From contig CAYQNY010000001.1 of the NCBI GenBank assembly GCA_964418925.1, positions 1-51,612 on the forward strand: a stretch of DNA of 51,612 nucleotides. Reading direction: 5' to 3'. The number at the start of each line of letters is the position of its first letter. Within the stretch, counting starts at the first letter, position 1. This stretch comes from an uncultured Verrucomicrobiota bacterium (GTDB lineage Bacteria > Verrucomicrobiota > Kiritimatiellia > JAAZAB01). Below are positions 18,733 to 27,995 of this stretch, piece after piece. The position numbers and the translations under genes are program-made. The notes below the pieces were generated by a model. That model made no database searches. It had not been told where the DNA came from and worked only from the letters and a program-made list of their open reading frames with translations.

Positions 18733-19404
18733 TTACCGATGATAAGGCGGTTGAGACGCGGACGATATCTGCTCCCGGACAAATTCACGGATCGGTTTAT
18801 TGCCCACATACATTGCTTCCAGGACGGCATTGCCGGAGCGGACTCGAACCATAACATAAGGATTCTGTAGAAGCTGATTAAACCGTTCGCGAATGAATTG
18901 ATCTCTAGCCTGCCAATCCTTGTCCTTCCCAAGGTGTTTTTGTGCTTCGGCGCTGATCCGAGCGCGTTGATCCCGGAAAAACGCCTCGATGGCCGGCGCA
19001 TCTTTTTCATTCATATAATACCGATCAAAGGGCAGATTCAGGTGAACTGTATTTTTGTTCACCCGCCTTACACGTGCCGTGATATAGGATTCCGTTTTGG
19101 GCCGCTCCCGCGTGATATGGTTCAACTGAGCGAATCCGTTATCACCCTGCCGAATAACAACCCACACCTTATCATTGCGTCCAAAGCTCATACCATCGGG
19201 CAAGGGAACGGTGTTGGATTCAACGCGCACCGCCACATAGCGCCCACGAAACGGATCCGCCGGATCGTATAGCGCAATTCGAAACCGAAAGGGAACACCG
19301 GTTTTGAGCGTCTGTTCATGGGTGATGATCATTGCTGCCACCACGCCGACCTGCGCCAGCACCATAAGCGCAAAGAAACCATATATCCATCTGCGTCGAG
19401 TCAT
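18733..19404 (-). CDS. GDYXXLXY-domain protein
   Basis: 223 aa with an N-terminal transmembrane helix. PFRFRIALYDPADPFRGRYVAVRV matches the DP.D.FRGDY..L.Y signature region. Its ATG overlaps the stop of the upstream gene (ATGA at 19401-19404). Confidence 0.7.
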   Translation of the reverse strand: MTRRRWIYGFFALMVLAQVGVVAAMIITHEQTLKTGVPFRFRIALYDPADPFRGRYVAVRVESNTVPLPDGMSFGRNDKVWVVIRQGDNGFAQLNHITRERPKTESYITARVRRVNKNTVHLNLPFDRYYMNEKDAPAIEAFFRDQRARISAEAQKHLGKDKDWQARDQFIRERFNQLLQNPYVMVRVRSGNAVLEAMYVGNKPIREFVREQISSASQPPYHR

Positions 19405-20726
19405 ACGGCACCTCCTTTACTCTGCCGAGCCAAAACAAGATTGGCTATGAGGAAACCAAGGCCCACCCCAATAAAGGCAAGGCCGCGGATTAAAAAGTTC
19501 AAGTCGCTGTCAAAAAACCGCGCTAGAATTACCGCTGCCAGCAACAGCAAGCCGGCATTCAATTTGCCGGCCCGGCCCTGTCGGAGGGCGCTAATCATAA
19601 CGCCTAACCCCAGAACGAACACATAGCCGTTGAACAAAAGCATGGGCATAATTGCCGTTTGATCCCAGGCGGCCACGGAATATCCTATAACCGCGATCAA
19701 TGGCGCCACACCAAACAGCCAGAGGAGATTATCGGATACGCGCCGCCGGGCGTACATAAGCAGGCTTATCGCCGCGATGGGAAGCCCTGCCGCCAGCACA
19801 TAATCGATAATCGCCGGCAGTTCATGGTGATGAGATGCTGTGCGATAGTAATGCCAACCGATTTCATGCCAGGGCCAGCGATATGTCAGCAGAAAAGAAT
19901 GGCAGGCAATGCCGATCGATCCGACAAGGAATAACGGTTTTTGCCAGACCTTGGGAATATCCCTGAACCATAACTGACCGACCAGATACATGACAGCAAA
20001 CAATCCACTGTAAATGATGATCCATAGACCAGGAATGATTTTTTCAAGGACAATACCAAGGGCGATGGTCAGACAAAGCGCGAATCCCCACCTCAGCAAA
20101 ACGGATCGCATGGTATATCGATCGCGCCGGATTTCCATCCACACGCAGGGGACCATCAAGGCGGCCAACGACCAGAAGAGTAACGCCTGCCCGGACATAG
20201 ATTCCGCGTAACCTGCCCAGGCGGTAATCCCTGCGAGGTAAAGAAGTGCAACCGTTGTCGAGCGCATGATATACACGATCGGGAAACTCAATAGCATCCA
20301 GGTCAACAGAAAATTGCCAAGATCGCCCGGAATCTGATAGGTCTGCGCAATAAGCGCAATAGCCGCTGATACCGCCAGCATGAGAAAGACCCCGCTTCCT
20401 TCCCGCCAGGTCGTGGAGACCGTTTTTTTCCAGAGCACCCATCCGGCCAACGCTTGAGCCGTCACAAGCGGCGTGAACGACAATACCGCACGAAGCGGAC
20501 GGTTCAAGGCATCCCAGTTATGGGCAAATAGCAGGATAACTCCAGCCCCGATGAGAGCGGACCCCAGGATTCCACATACGATTAAGGCAATGTTGCGGGA
20601 TTTCGGCTGATCGACGGCTCCATAATAGTCACGTAATTTTCGAGACGTCTCCGCGGAAATAATCTGCCGCTTCACCCACTCCGGTAATTCGCTGTACAAC
20701 CATTGAATATATTTTTTATGTTGCAT
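19401..20726 (-). CDS. polytopic membrane protein, DUF2157/DUF4401-like
   Basis: The N-terminal soluble segment (YIQWLYSELPEWVKRQIISAETSRKLRDYY) is followed by more than 10 hydrophobic helices. The ATG at 20726 has a strong GGAGGAGGA ribosome-binding site. The ORF-track start at 20777 is probably an over-extension. Confidence 0.7.
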   Translation of the reverse strand: MQHKKYIQWLYSELPEWVKRQIISAETSRKLRDYYGAVDQPKSRNIALIVCGILGSALIGAGVILLFAHNWDALNRPLRAVLSFTPLVTAQALAGWVLWKKTVSTTWREGSGVFLMLAVSAAIALIAQTYQIPGDLGNFLLTWMLLSFPIVYIMRSTTVALLYLAGITAWAGYAESMSGQALLFWSLAALMVPCVWMEIRRDRYTMRSVLLRWGFALCLTIALGIVLEKIIPGLWIIIYSGLFAVMYLVGQLWFRDIPKVWQKPLFLVGSIGIACHSFLLTYRWPWHEIGWHYYRTASHHHELPAIIDYVLAAGLPIAAISLLMYARRRVSDNLLWLFGVAPLIAVIGYSVAAWDQTAIMPMLLFNGYVFVLGLGVMISALRQGRAGKLNAGLLLLAAVILARFFDSDLNFLIRGLAFIGVGLGFLIANLVLARQSKGGAV

Positions 20727-20867
20727 CTGTTTTCCTCCTCCTCTCTGTAACAATGACCATTGCGAGAACTTGAACAATATCCATCACGCACAACACTGCT
20801 GAAAAGCACGCGTGGACGGGTTGATGCGGTTCACCGTGACAGATTTCTTTCAATCATTACACGATAT

Positions 20868-21713
20868 CTACGGATTTCTGGCACTCAGACAGCGAGTCAA
20901 AAATTCATCCAATATGCGGCGATAGGACGCCTCGGTGAAGCCTTCGCCGTCGTTATGTCCCCCTGATAGTCGGGCAAATACTTTCGGCGCGGCCGCCGCC
21001 TGAAAAAGTTTTTGACCGTGGGCAAAGGGAATCATCTCGTCGTCCCCGCTGTGCGCCACCAGCACCGGACAGCGGACATTGCGCATATGCTTCAGGGTCG
21101 GATAGCGGTAGCGGCAGAGCAGCCGTACCGGCAAATACGGGTAGATGGTGGCGCCGATAGCGGACAGCGAGGTGAAGGATGCTTCCAGGATAAGCCCGGC
21201 CGGTTGTTGCCGGTCAGCCAGCCAGGCGGCCACGGCGCCGCCCAGCGACCGGCCCATGATAATAATCCGGTCCGGCGGCAGGCGCCGTTCCTGCGTCAGA
21301 AAATTCCAGGCGCCCAGGGCGTCCGCGTAGGTACCCTTTTCCGAAGGCGAGCCGGCACTGTTGCCGTAGCCGCGATAATCGAAAATAAAGACATTCAATC
21401 CCAATTCGTGAAATAGCTGAATGGCGTGGAGCCGGTCGCCGATATTGCCGCCGTTGCCGTGGCAAATCAGGATGGTGCCGCGTGCGGGGTTTGCCGGCAC
21501 GAACCAGGCGGCGATCCGCTGGCCGTCGCTGGTGACGAAGCGCACGTCTTCAAAGGGCAGGGGTAATGCCGCCGGTGTTGCCGCAATGGCGCGGGAGGGA
21601 AAATAGACGTAACGCGACTGAAAGATAAACATCAGCAGGCAAAGCCCGATATAAACTGCCAGCCCGATTTTCAGGATGGACCATGCCACCTGCAATATGC
21701 CGGTAATGTTCAT
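20868..21713 (-). CDS. alpha/beta hydrolase (BEM46/ABHD13-like)
   Basis: 281 aa with an N-terminal transmembrane helix, an HGNGGN oxyanion block, the nucleophile elbow G-R-S-L-G-G, and a C-terminal D...H. Confidence 0.85.
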   Translation of the reverse strand: MNITGILQVAWSILKIGLAVYIGLCLLMFIFQSRYVYFPSRAIAATPAALPLPFEDVRFVTSDGQRIAAWFVPANPARGTILICHGNGGNIGDRLHAIQLFHELGLNVFIFDYRGYGNSAGSPSEKGTYADALGAWNFLTQERRLPPDRIIIMGRSLGGAVAAWLADRQQPAGLILEASFTSLSAIGATIYPYLPVRLLCRYRYPTLKHMRNVRCPVLVAHSGDDEMIPFAHGQKLFQAAAAPKVFARLSGGHNDGEGFTEASYRRILDEFLTRCLSARNP

Positions 21714-21792
21714 GATTTATCGTTGATTGTCAATGTAGCCACGGATTATCTTTGAGCAGCATAGCCACCACTAAATGATGCAAAGCATCTTT

Positions 21793-21888
21793 GGAGTGCG
21801 GGAGCCATGCTCCCGCTTTGTCCCGCGAAGCCATCGCTTCGCGGAAAAAAACCGCAAGCTTCGGCGGACAAGCTGGCTTGCGCACTCC
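21793..21888. repeat. 96-nt GC-rich multi-hairpin extragenic element
   Basis: The closing stem is GGAGTGCG (21793-21800) with CGCACTCC (21881-21888). Internal hairpins: CGGGAGC-CAT-GCTCCCG; CCGCGAAGC-CATC-GCTTCGCGG (9 bp); and GCAAGC...GCTTGC. Confidence 0.6.
21845..21881 (-). terminator. possible intrinsic terminator downstream of the exonuclease gene
   Basis: On the minus strand, stem GCAAGC/GCTTGC (or the inner CCGC/GCGG) is followed by GG and a T7 run (A7 at 21845-21851 on the plus strand). It is embedded in the multi-hairpin element. Confidence 0.4.
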
Positions 21889-22024
21889 ACATATACCTCA
21901 CGTCATATTGGGTTGTCATGTCGCTATGCAAGTGGCCACTTGGCGCCAAAGGCGCTGACGTGGCAGCCAAGGGCTGCGCCAAGTTCATCCATGGCTACGA
22001 CAAGATGTTGAAGTCAACAGGCCA

Positions 22025-22876
22025 TTACACCGCGTGCGATTTGGTATGCTCGCTCTTCGTTGCCGCCGGCGCAGGCGGGCCTGCCACGCCGTAGCGTTCG
22101 GGCGCAGGCGGGAAACGGCCTTCCAGCGCGTCGGCGACAATCTTTTTGGTATCGCTGGGAAAATCGCTTTTCAGGATCCATTTCAGAAACTTGGCGTTAT
22201 TCTGCGCCAGGTCGCGCAGTTTCTGGCCGATATACTGCGCGCCGAAATTTATTACCAGTTCGCCGTTGACCCATTTGAGCCTGCCGGCCCGGTCGGCCCA
22301 GGCGGGATTGCGCGGTGGATTACAATAGGTGTTCAACTCGTCCATCGTTTGCGGCAGGTCCGGGTACTTATGGAACTGTCCGTCGAGGACATCCAGTGTG
22401 GCCAAGGCATCAGCTTCGGCGCCGTGCGCGCCAGTATGCGGCTTGTCGCAGTAGAAGGCGACAGCGGCGGTCAGGTTGCGGGGTTCCTTTTTGTGATAGA
22501 TTCGCTGGGCGTCCAGAACGTGAAAGCCGTCTAAATTAAACGTGAAGCCGGCCCGGGTGAATTCCTCGGCCAGGAGGGGAATATCGAAGCGGGTGACGCC
22601 GAAGCCGGCCAGGTCGCACCCGTTAAGGATCTCCATGATTTGGGTTGCTTGCTCCTGAAACCGGGGGCAGTTTGCGACATCAGCGTCGGTGATGTGATGA
22701 ATAGCCGTTGTTTCCGGCGGGATAGGTCTTTCCGGGTGAAACCGGAACGTGAACGTTTCGCGTTTTCCGTCGGGATGCAGCTTGATAATGGCCAGATCAA
22801 TGATCCGGTCCAGGCGTGGATTCGTTCCTGTCGATTCGATATCAAAGACTGCCAGGGGTTTGTCCAGTTTGATCAT
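22025..22876 (-). CDS. DnaQ-like 3'-5' exonuclease (DEDDh) with a C-terminal extension
   Basis: 283 aa with Exo I VFDIESTG, Exo II GFGVTRFDIPLL, and Exo III HGAEADALAT. Confidence 0.85.
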   Translation of the reverse strand: MIKLDKPLAVFDIESTGTNPRLDRIIDLAIIKLHPDGKRETFTFRFHPERPIPPETTAIHHITDADVANCPRFQEQATQIMEILNGCDLAGFGVTRFDIPLLAEEFTRAGFTFNLDGFHVLDAQRIYHKKEPRNLTAAVAFYCDKPHTGAHGAEADALATLDVLDGQFHKYPDLPQTMDELNTYCNPPRNPAWADRAGRLKWVNGELVINFGAQYIGQKLRDLAQNNAKFLKWILKSDFPSDTKKIVADALEGRFPPAPERYGVAGPPAPAATKSEHTKSHAV

Positions 22877-23076
22877 AATAATGGATCACTTTCAGTTGTT
22901 GCATAAAATGTTCGGCCCAAGCCGGCCCCGTCACCATCGAGTTTTCCGGTTATATCTGCTCCGTAACAATGTGGCATGCCTGCCCTGCACAGGCCAGGGT
23001 TGAAACGCAACGGCCTGATGTCTGCCGACATCATTCTGTATTCTTTCGGTTGTGTCAAAAATATTCTGAACGAATT

Positions 23077-23105
23077 TTGACAAAATGGAAAAAAAAAGGC
23101 ATATT
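23077..23105 (+). promoter_or_regulatory. candidate promoter with an A9 tract in the spacer
   Basis: TTGACA (23077-23082), a 17-nt spacer containing nine consecutive A (23089-23097), then CATATT (23100-23105). It lies 43 nt upstream of the ATG at 23148. Confidence 0.3.
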
Positions 23106-23147
23106 TCATTAAACGCAATACCTGAAGAAAGAAAGGATTGGTCATTA

Positions 23148-24053
23148 ATGAAACCAACATTAGTTGTTATGGCCGCGGGTGTAGGCAGTCGTTATGGTGG
23201 TTTGAAGCAGATTGATCCGGTGGGGCCGTCAGGCGAGATTATGCTCGATTATTCCGTGTTTGATGCCATTCGCGCCGGATTTGGCAAGGTAGTGTTTATT
23301 ATCCGGCATGATATTGAGCAGGATTTTAAAGCCGTGATCGGTTCCCATTTCGTTGATCATGTGCAGGTCGAGTACGTGTTCCAGGAATTAACCGCTCTGC
23401 CCTCCGGCTTTACCGTGCCGGCGGACCGCCAAAAGCCATGGGGCACCGGTCACGCTGTTCTCCAGAGCCGGGCCATGGTTCAGGAACCGTTTGCCGTCAT
23501 CAATGCGGATGATTTTTACGGACAACGATCCTACGCCGTTCTGGCCGATTATCTGCGGAACACAGCGCCGGATGGTAATGCCTATGCCATGGTGGGGTTC
23601 AAACTGGTGAACACGCTGTCGGATCACGGCACGGTCACTCGCGGCATTTGTGAAACCGATGCGGCCCGGAATCTGATCAGCGTTGCGGAGCGGTTCAAGA
23701 TCGAAAAAACCGCCACGGGCTCCCGTTTTGAGAATGAAACCGGCCAGTGGGTGGATTGCCGGGGTGATGAAATCGCGTCCATGAACATGTTCGGATTTAC
23801 ACCCACAATGTTCACGTGGTTGGAAGAACAATTTCCGCTGTTCCTGCAAGGGGCGATGTCCAAGCCCAAGGCGGAGTTTCTGCTCCCGGCCATCGTCAAC
23901 ACGCTGATTCAGGAGCGCCGGGTCACGATGACCGTTCTGCAAACGCCGGAACCATGGTTTGGCGTCACCTACAAGGAAGACAAAACATTTGTCAGCGCCG
24001 GCATTCGGAAGCAGATTACCGCGGGCGTTTATCCCGAGCGGCTCTGGACTTAA
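23148..24053 (+). CDS. sugar-phosphate nucleotidyltransferase family protein
   Basis: N-terminal VVMAAGVGSRYGGLKQIDPVG (the GxGxR nucleotide-binding loop) and PWGTGHAV. The ATG at 23148 follows an AAAGGA ribosome-binding site. The ORF-track start at 23085 is less likely. Confidence 0.8.
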   Translation: MKPTLVVMAAGVGSRYGGLKQIDPVGPSGEIMLDYSVFDAIRAGFGKVVFIIRHDIEQDFKAVIGSHFVDHVQVEYVFQELTALPSGFTVPADRQKPWGTGHAVLQSRAMVQEPFAVINADDFYGQRSYAVLADYLRNTAPDGNAYAMVGFKLVNTLSDHGTVTRGICETDAARNLISVAERFKIEKTATGSRFENETGQWVDCRGDEIASMNMFGFTPTMFTWLEEQFPLFLQGAMSKPKAEFLLPAIVNTLIQERRVTMTVLQTPEPWFGVTYKEDKTFVSAGIRKQITAGVYPERLWT

Positions 24054-24082
24054 CGCGGCCATGCCGCGTTAAGAATTTAATT

Positions 24083-25165
24083 ATGTTTACCGGTCATGGA
24101 GGAACAGGAACCACGGAGGCCAAAACGCTGGGTTGGCCGGTTCTGGATGTGTCGGCCAGTATTGCGCCGTTTCCGGCGCCGGAAGCCGCCCTGTGTGCCT
24201 ATCATGAAGCGGCGGCGGACCTGGGACATTATCCTCAAATCGAAGGGTATGCCCTTTGCCAGGCCCTGGCCGCGCGCCTGGGACTGAATCCGGAAAATGT
24301 GCTCGTCGGCAGCGGGGCCACGGAATTTATTTACCTGATTCCCCGCGCCCTGCGGCCCGGTCGCGTGCTGGGTTTTGTTCCCGTCTATGGGGATTATGCT
24401 GATGCCGCGCGGCTGGCGGCATGTTCCTGGGTGTCTTTACCGACCATATGGGAACAGAGCTTTACACGCGACCTGGCCGGCCTGTCGGACATGGTGCGGC
24501 CGAACGACCTGGTTTTTCTCTGCAACCCCAATAATCCCACGGGCCATATGCTCGCGCCCGGCGCCATTCACGCTATGTGCTCCCGTTGTCCGCAGGTAAC
24601 CGTGGTCGTGGATGAAGCTTACGTGGAGTTTATCGGGCCCGGCGCCTCATGTCTGGATGTGGGCCTGCCGCCCAATCTGCTGGTACTGCGCAGTCCGACA
24701 AAATTTTACGCGTTGCCCGGCGTTCGACTGGGCTATTGTCTTGGCCATCGCGATTTGATAGCAGCATTGCTGGATGCCAAGGAACCGTGGACAGCCAGCG
24801 TCCCGGCGCTGGCCGTGGGACTCGCCCTGCTGAATTGTGCCGAGTACGATGCGCGGGTCCGGGACACTCTCGCCCATGAAAAATCCGCGTTGGAATCCTT
24901 GTTGACAGCCATTCCCGGGTTATCCGTTTGTTCCGGCGCGGCCAATTTCCTGTTGTGCCGGATCCGGGCCGCGGCGCCGACAGCGGCGGATTTGCGCGCC
25001 GCCTGCCTGAAGCAGGGTCTGCTTATCCGGGATGCGTCTAATTTTGAGGGCCTTGACAGTCATTATTTCCGTGTTGCCGTCCGGTTAGGGGCCGAGAATA
25101 ACCGTCTGGCTCAGATCATCCGGGAAGTCTTCAGAGTTCTTCATGCCGCTGAAACGGCACCATGA
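24083..25165 (+). CDS. cobD: PLP-dependent L-threonine-O-3-phosphate decarboxylase (aminotransferase class I/II fold)
   Basis: It begins MFTGHGG... (the HGG motif of the CobD type), then CNPNNPTG and a PLP-lysine block SPTKFYALPGVRLGY. It is adjacent to cbiB. The ORF-track start at 23816 overlaps the previous gene. Confidence 0.7.
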   Translation: MFTGHGGTGTTEAKTLGWPVLDVSASIAPFPAPEAALCAYHEAAADLGHYPQIEGYALCQALAARLGLNPENVLVGSGATEFIYLIPRALRPGRVLGFVPVYGDYADAARLAACSWVSLPTIWEQSFTRDLAGLSDMVRPNDLVFLCNPNNPTGHMLAPGAIHAMCSRCPQVTVVVDEAYVEFIGPGASCLDVGLPPNLLVLRSPTKFYALPGVRLGYCLGHRDLIAALLDAKEPWTASVPALAVGLALLNCAEYDARVRDTLAHEKSALESLLTAIPGLSVCSGAANFLLCRIRAAAPTAADLRAACLKQGLLIRDASNFEGLDSHYFRVAVRLGAENNRLAQIIREVFRVLHAAETAP

Positions 25166-25188
25166 GACTATAAAAACAAATGTTTTCA

Positions 25189-25280
25189 GCCACAGATGAA
25201 CTTGGATTTTCACGGATAATCGAGTAACTATGAAGCAGCGCAATGAACCTAGCAAGGTTTCATCCGTGTCAATCCGTGGC
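25189..25280. repeat. imperfect inverted repeat in the cobD-cbiB spacer
   Basis: GCCACAGATGAA...CACGGAT (25189-25217) faces CATCCGTG..AATCCGTGGC (25261-25280). The core arms CACGGAT and ATCCGTG occur on both sides. Confidence 0.5.
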
Positions 25281-25300
25281 TATTGGTTCGAGCAGGGATT

Positions 25301-26329
25301 ATGACCGTTGTCTCTTTTTTTCTATTGTGTGGTCTGCAGGCCCTGGTGGGCATGGTCGTTGACTTTATCATCGGTGATCCCGGTCGTTTTCCGCATCCGG
25401 CCCGGGGAGTGGGGTGGCTGATTGGCAGGCTGGAAGTCTGGCTGCGGCGGCGATGCCGGCATCTGCCAGCGGCCGGCGTCGTTCTTTGCGTGGGCACCAC
25501 GCTGTCGGTCGCGGGGCTGGCCCTGATGATCATGCTGATCCTGGCCCTGATTGACGCCGGGCATATTGCCGTCGGTTTGTCCTGGTTTGGCGGCGGATGG
25601 TCATCCGTTCCCTGGTTCAGCATCCTGGGCGGTGGCTTCCTTTGCGGTATATGGTTTTCGTGGCGTTCGCTGGGCGACGAAGCCTTGATTATCTTCCGTC
25701 TGCTGGAGGCGAACCGGTTGGAGGAAGCCCGCCGGGCCTTGGCCATGATTGTCGGTCGGGATACCCGGCATCTGGAGGAGCGCGAGATTGCGCGAGCGGC
25801 AGTCGAAACCGTGGCGGAAAACACGGTGGACGGCGGTGTGGCGCCGGTCTTTTATGCCTTGCTGGGTGGACCGGTGCTGGTGACCTTTTTCAAGGCGGCG
25901 AGCACGCTGGATTCCATGGTCGGCTATCATAATGCAAGATATTGCGATCTGGGTAAGGTATCGGCCCGGCTTGATGATGCGCTCAATTACATTCCCGCCC
26001 GTCTGTCAGTGTTGCTGATTCCGCTGGCCGCGATATTTGCCGGCCTGCATCCGCTGGCCGCGTTCCGGATCGGTCTGCGGGATCATGCGCGGCATCCGAG
26101 TCCTAATGCCGCCTGGGGCGAAAGCTGCTTTGCCGGCGCCCTGGGCGTACAGCTGGGTGGGTCCGTCACGTATGGCGGCATACCTTCTGCCAAGCCTGTG
26201 CTGGGCGATCCGGTCCGCATCCTGGTCCGCGGTGATATTCTGCGGGCTCGCCGGCTGCTGTTCTGCACGGCGGGTATCATGGCTTTTTTCGTCCTGAGTG
26301 GTATAATAATGTATTTCAATGGGCAATAA
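25301..26329 (+). CDS. cbiB: adenosylcobinamide-phosphate synthase
   Basis: Membrane protein with the hallmark N-terminal D.IIGDPGRFPHPARGVGWLIGRLE motif. The ATG at 25301 is preferred over the TTG at 25283. Confidence 0.85.
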   Translation: MTVVSFFLLCGLQALVGMVVDFIIGDPGRFPHPARGVGWLIGRLEVWLRRRCRHLPAAGVVLCVGTTLSVAGLALMIMLILALIDAGHIAVGLSWFGGGWSSVPWFSILGGGFLCGIWFSWRSLGDEALIIFRLLEANRLEEARRALAMIVGRDTRHLEEREIARAAVETVAENTVDGGVAPVFYALLGGPVLVTFFKAASTLDSMVGYHNARYCDLGKVSARLDDALNYIPARLSVLLIPLAAIFAGLHPLAAFRIGLRDHARHPSPNAAWGESCFAGALGVQLGGSVTYGGIPSAKPVLGDPVRILVRGDILRARRLLFCTAGIMAFFVLSGIIMYFNGQ

Positions 26330-26416
26330 TCTTTCCACGGGCTAAAAGCCAAAACATTAATGGCTGGATTGCGCTGGATTTAATAATTTTCTCATGCAAG
26401 CTCGAACCGTGGTATC

Positions 26417-27877
26417 ATGCGGTTGATGAAGATCATGAAATATCTTATCACTGGGATGGGATTATGGGGGCTAGCGTTTTGCGCGGGTGCGCTGGCGGGA
26501 GCGGCCGACGAGGAACTGGAGGCGTTGGTCGCGGAAGCCTTGGCGCAGAATCCGCAGGTGGCGCTGGCGAAATACCAGGTGGATGGGGCGCTCGCGCGCC
26601 GGGACGAACTGCGGGGGTTCTTTGATCCCCAGCTGGCGCTGTCTCTGGAACAGACGGATTCGGTCCTGGGCTATAACCAAAGCTCGTTGAGCGCCGGAGT
26701 GGATACGGCGGTGCTTCCCGGCGCGTATATCGGCGCCAGCCTGGAGGAGAATTATTTTAACCACCTGAAGGGCAGTTACGAATACCCGGATGTCCAAAGC
26801 GACTATGATCATCTGCTGCAAAGTATGGCCGGGCTGCGGATGGGCGTGCCGCTCCTGCGCGATCGTGGCTTTCGCCAGTGGCAGTTGTCCGATCAACAGG
26901 CGTTACGGAACTACAGTGCGGCCTGCAATCGTCTCTTGGAAGTGACGCAATCCATCCGTCACAATGTCGAACTCCGTTACATCGGGATTCTGGAATCGCT
27001 GGCATTATGGTCCGTGGCCCGGTCGGCCACGGAGCGTGTTCAGAAACTCCTGACGGAAGCCGAAGAACTCGTGAAACTCTGTACAGTGCCGGAATATCAA
27101 CTCTTTGCGGCGCGGTCCGAGGTGGCCTTGCGCCAGGAAGAGGAAACATTCGCCCGGCAGGTTTATGAAAACCGTCTTTCCCGTCTGGCCGAACTGCTGG
27201 GACAATCGGATCAGAAGCTGCAAGTGACCACGATGCCCGATGGGTTTACCCAGTGGGCGGAAACCGTGGATCTCCAGCCAACCTATTCGAAAGATCAGGC
27301 CCGGAAAGCGCGCGGTGATTACCGGCGCATCCTTGATCAAATCGGCGCCACCGAATTGGAAAAGGCGCGCAACATGGACAATCTTCGGTCGGATCTGTCA
27401 CTGCATATGGAAGTGGATTTACAGGGGGAGGACCCGGACCGGTTCATTGCCACCCAGCATTTTTTGAGTGATCATGGGCTGGGCGGCATGATCGGCCTGA
27501 CCTGGAGCCGGCCCTGGGGTTATCGGGCGGAGCATGCCCGTGTCCGCGCCCTGGATGCCGGCCTGTCGGAGCGGCGAGAATTGCTCCGGCAGATCGACCT
27601 GCGCATCCGGACGGAACTTGAGGTTGCGCACCGCGATTTCCGGCTGGCGCAGAAACGCTTTCGCCTGGTGACCAGGGCGGTATTCTCGGCCCGACAGGCG
27701 CTGGAAGCCGAGGACGAGCGTTTCCGGCTGGGTGAAGGACGTAGTCGGAACGTGCTGGACGCTCAAAAAGACTTGACGGCCGCCCTGAAACGGCGAACAG
27801 TATTGTCGGCTGAGTTGTTAAAAACATATTTTAATTTTCTCTTTGCATGCGGGTATAGCATTCAGCCGTCGCAGTGA
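26417..27877 (+). CDS. TolC-family outer-membrane efflux protein
   Basis: 486 aa with a signal peptide (LWGLAFCAGALAGAA). Two repeated coiled-coil halves carry typical OEP-family sequence (NPQVALAKYQVDGA..., ...RNVLDAQKDLTAA). Confidence 0.8.
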   Translation: MRLMKIMKYLITGMGLWGLAFCAGALAGAADEELEALVAEALAQNPQVALAKYQVDGALARRDELRGFFDPQLALSLEQTDSVLGYNQSSLSAGVDTAVLPGAYIGASLEENYFNHLKGSYEYPDVQSDYDHLLQSMAGLRMGVPLLRDRGFRQWQLSDQQALRNYSAACNRLLEVTQSIRHNVELRYIGILESLALWSVARSATERVQKLLTEAEELVKLCTVPEYQLFAARSEVALRQEEETFARQVYENRLSRLAELLGQSDQKLQVTTMPDGFTQWAETVDLQPTYSKDQARKARGDYRRILDQIGATELEKARNMDNLRSDLSLHMEVDLQGEDPDRFIATQHFLSDHGLGGMIGLTWSRPWGYRAEHARVRALDAGLSERRELLRQIDLRIRTELEVAHRDFRLAQKRFRLVTRAVFSARQALEAEDERFRLGEGRSRNVLDAQKDLTAALKRRTVLSAELLKTYFNFLFACGYSIQPSQ

Positions 27878-27995
27878 ATCCCGCCCGGCGGGGAATAGCT
27901 GGCGCGGCGTGTCATTTCGTCCGGTGACAGTAAGGCGGTATTTATTGAGTTTAACGGTTGGTTTCGACCAAGCGCCGCGTTAGGAGGAGTAGACT

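Noticed and set aside
23816-24082. Upstream extension of the cobD ORF, and similarly the 47160-47330 extension of the GH2 ORF.
   Set aside because: Both extensions overlap the 3' ends of the preceding well-supported genes (nucleotidyltransferase, msrAB). Internal ATGs at 24083 and 47331 give canonical N-termini, and the second has an AAGGAGA ribosome-binding site.
24054-26416. Search for a cobalamin riboswitch near cobD and cbiB.
   Set aside because: The spacers are short (29, 135 and 87 nt). I could not find a B12-box-like conserved core. Only a simple inverted repeat is present.
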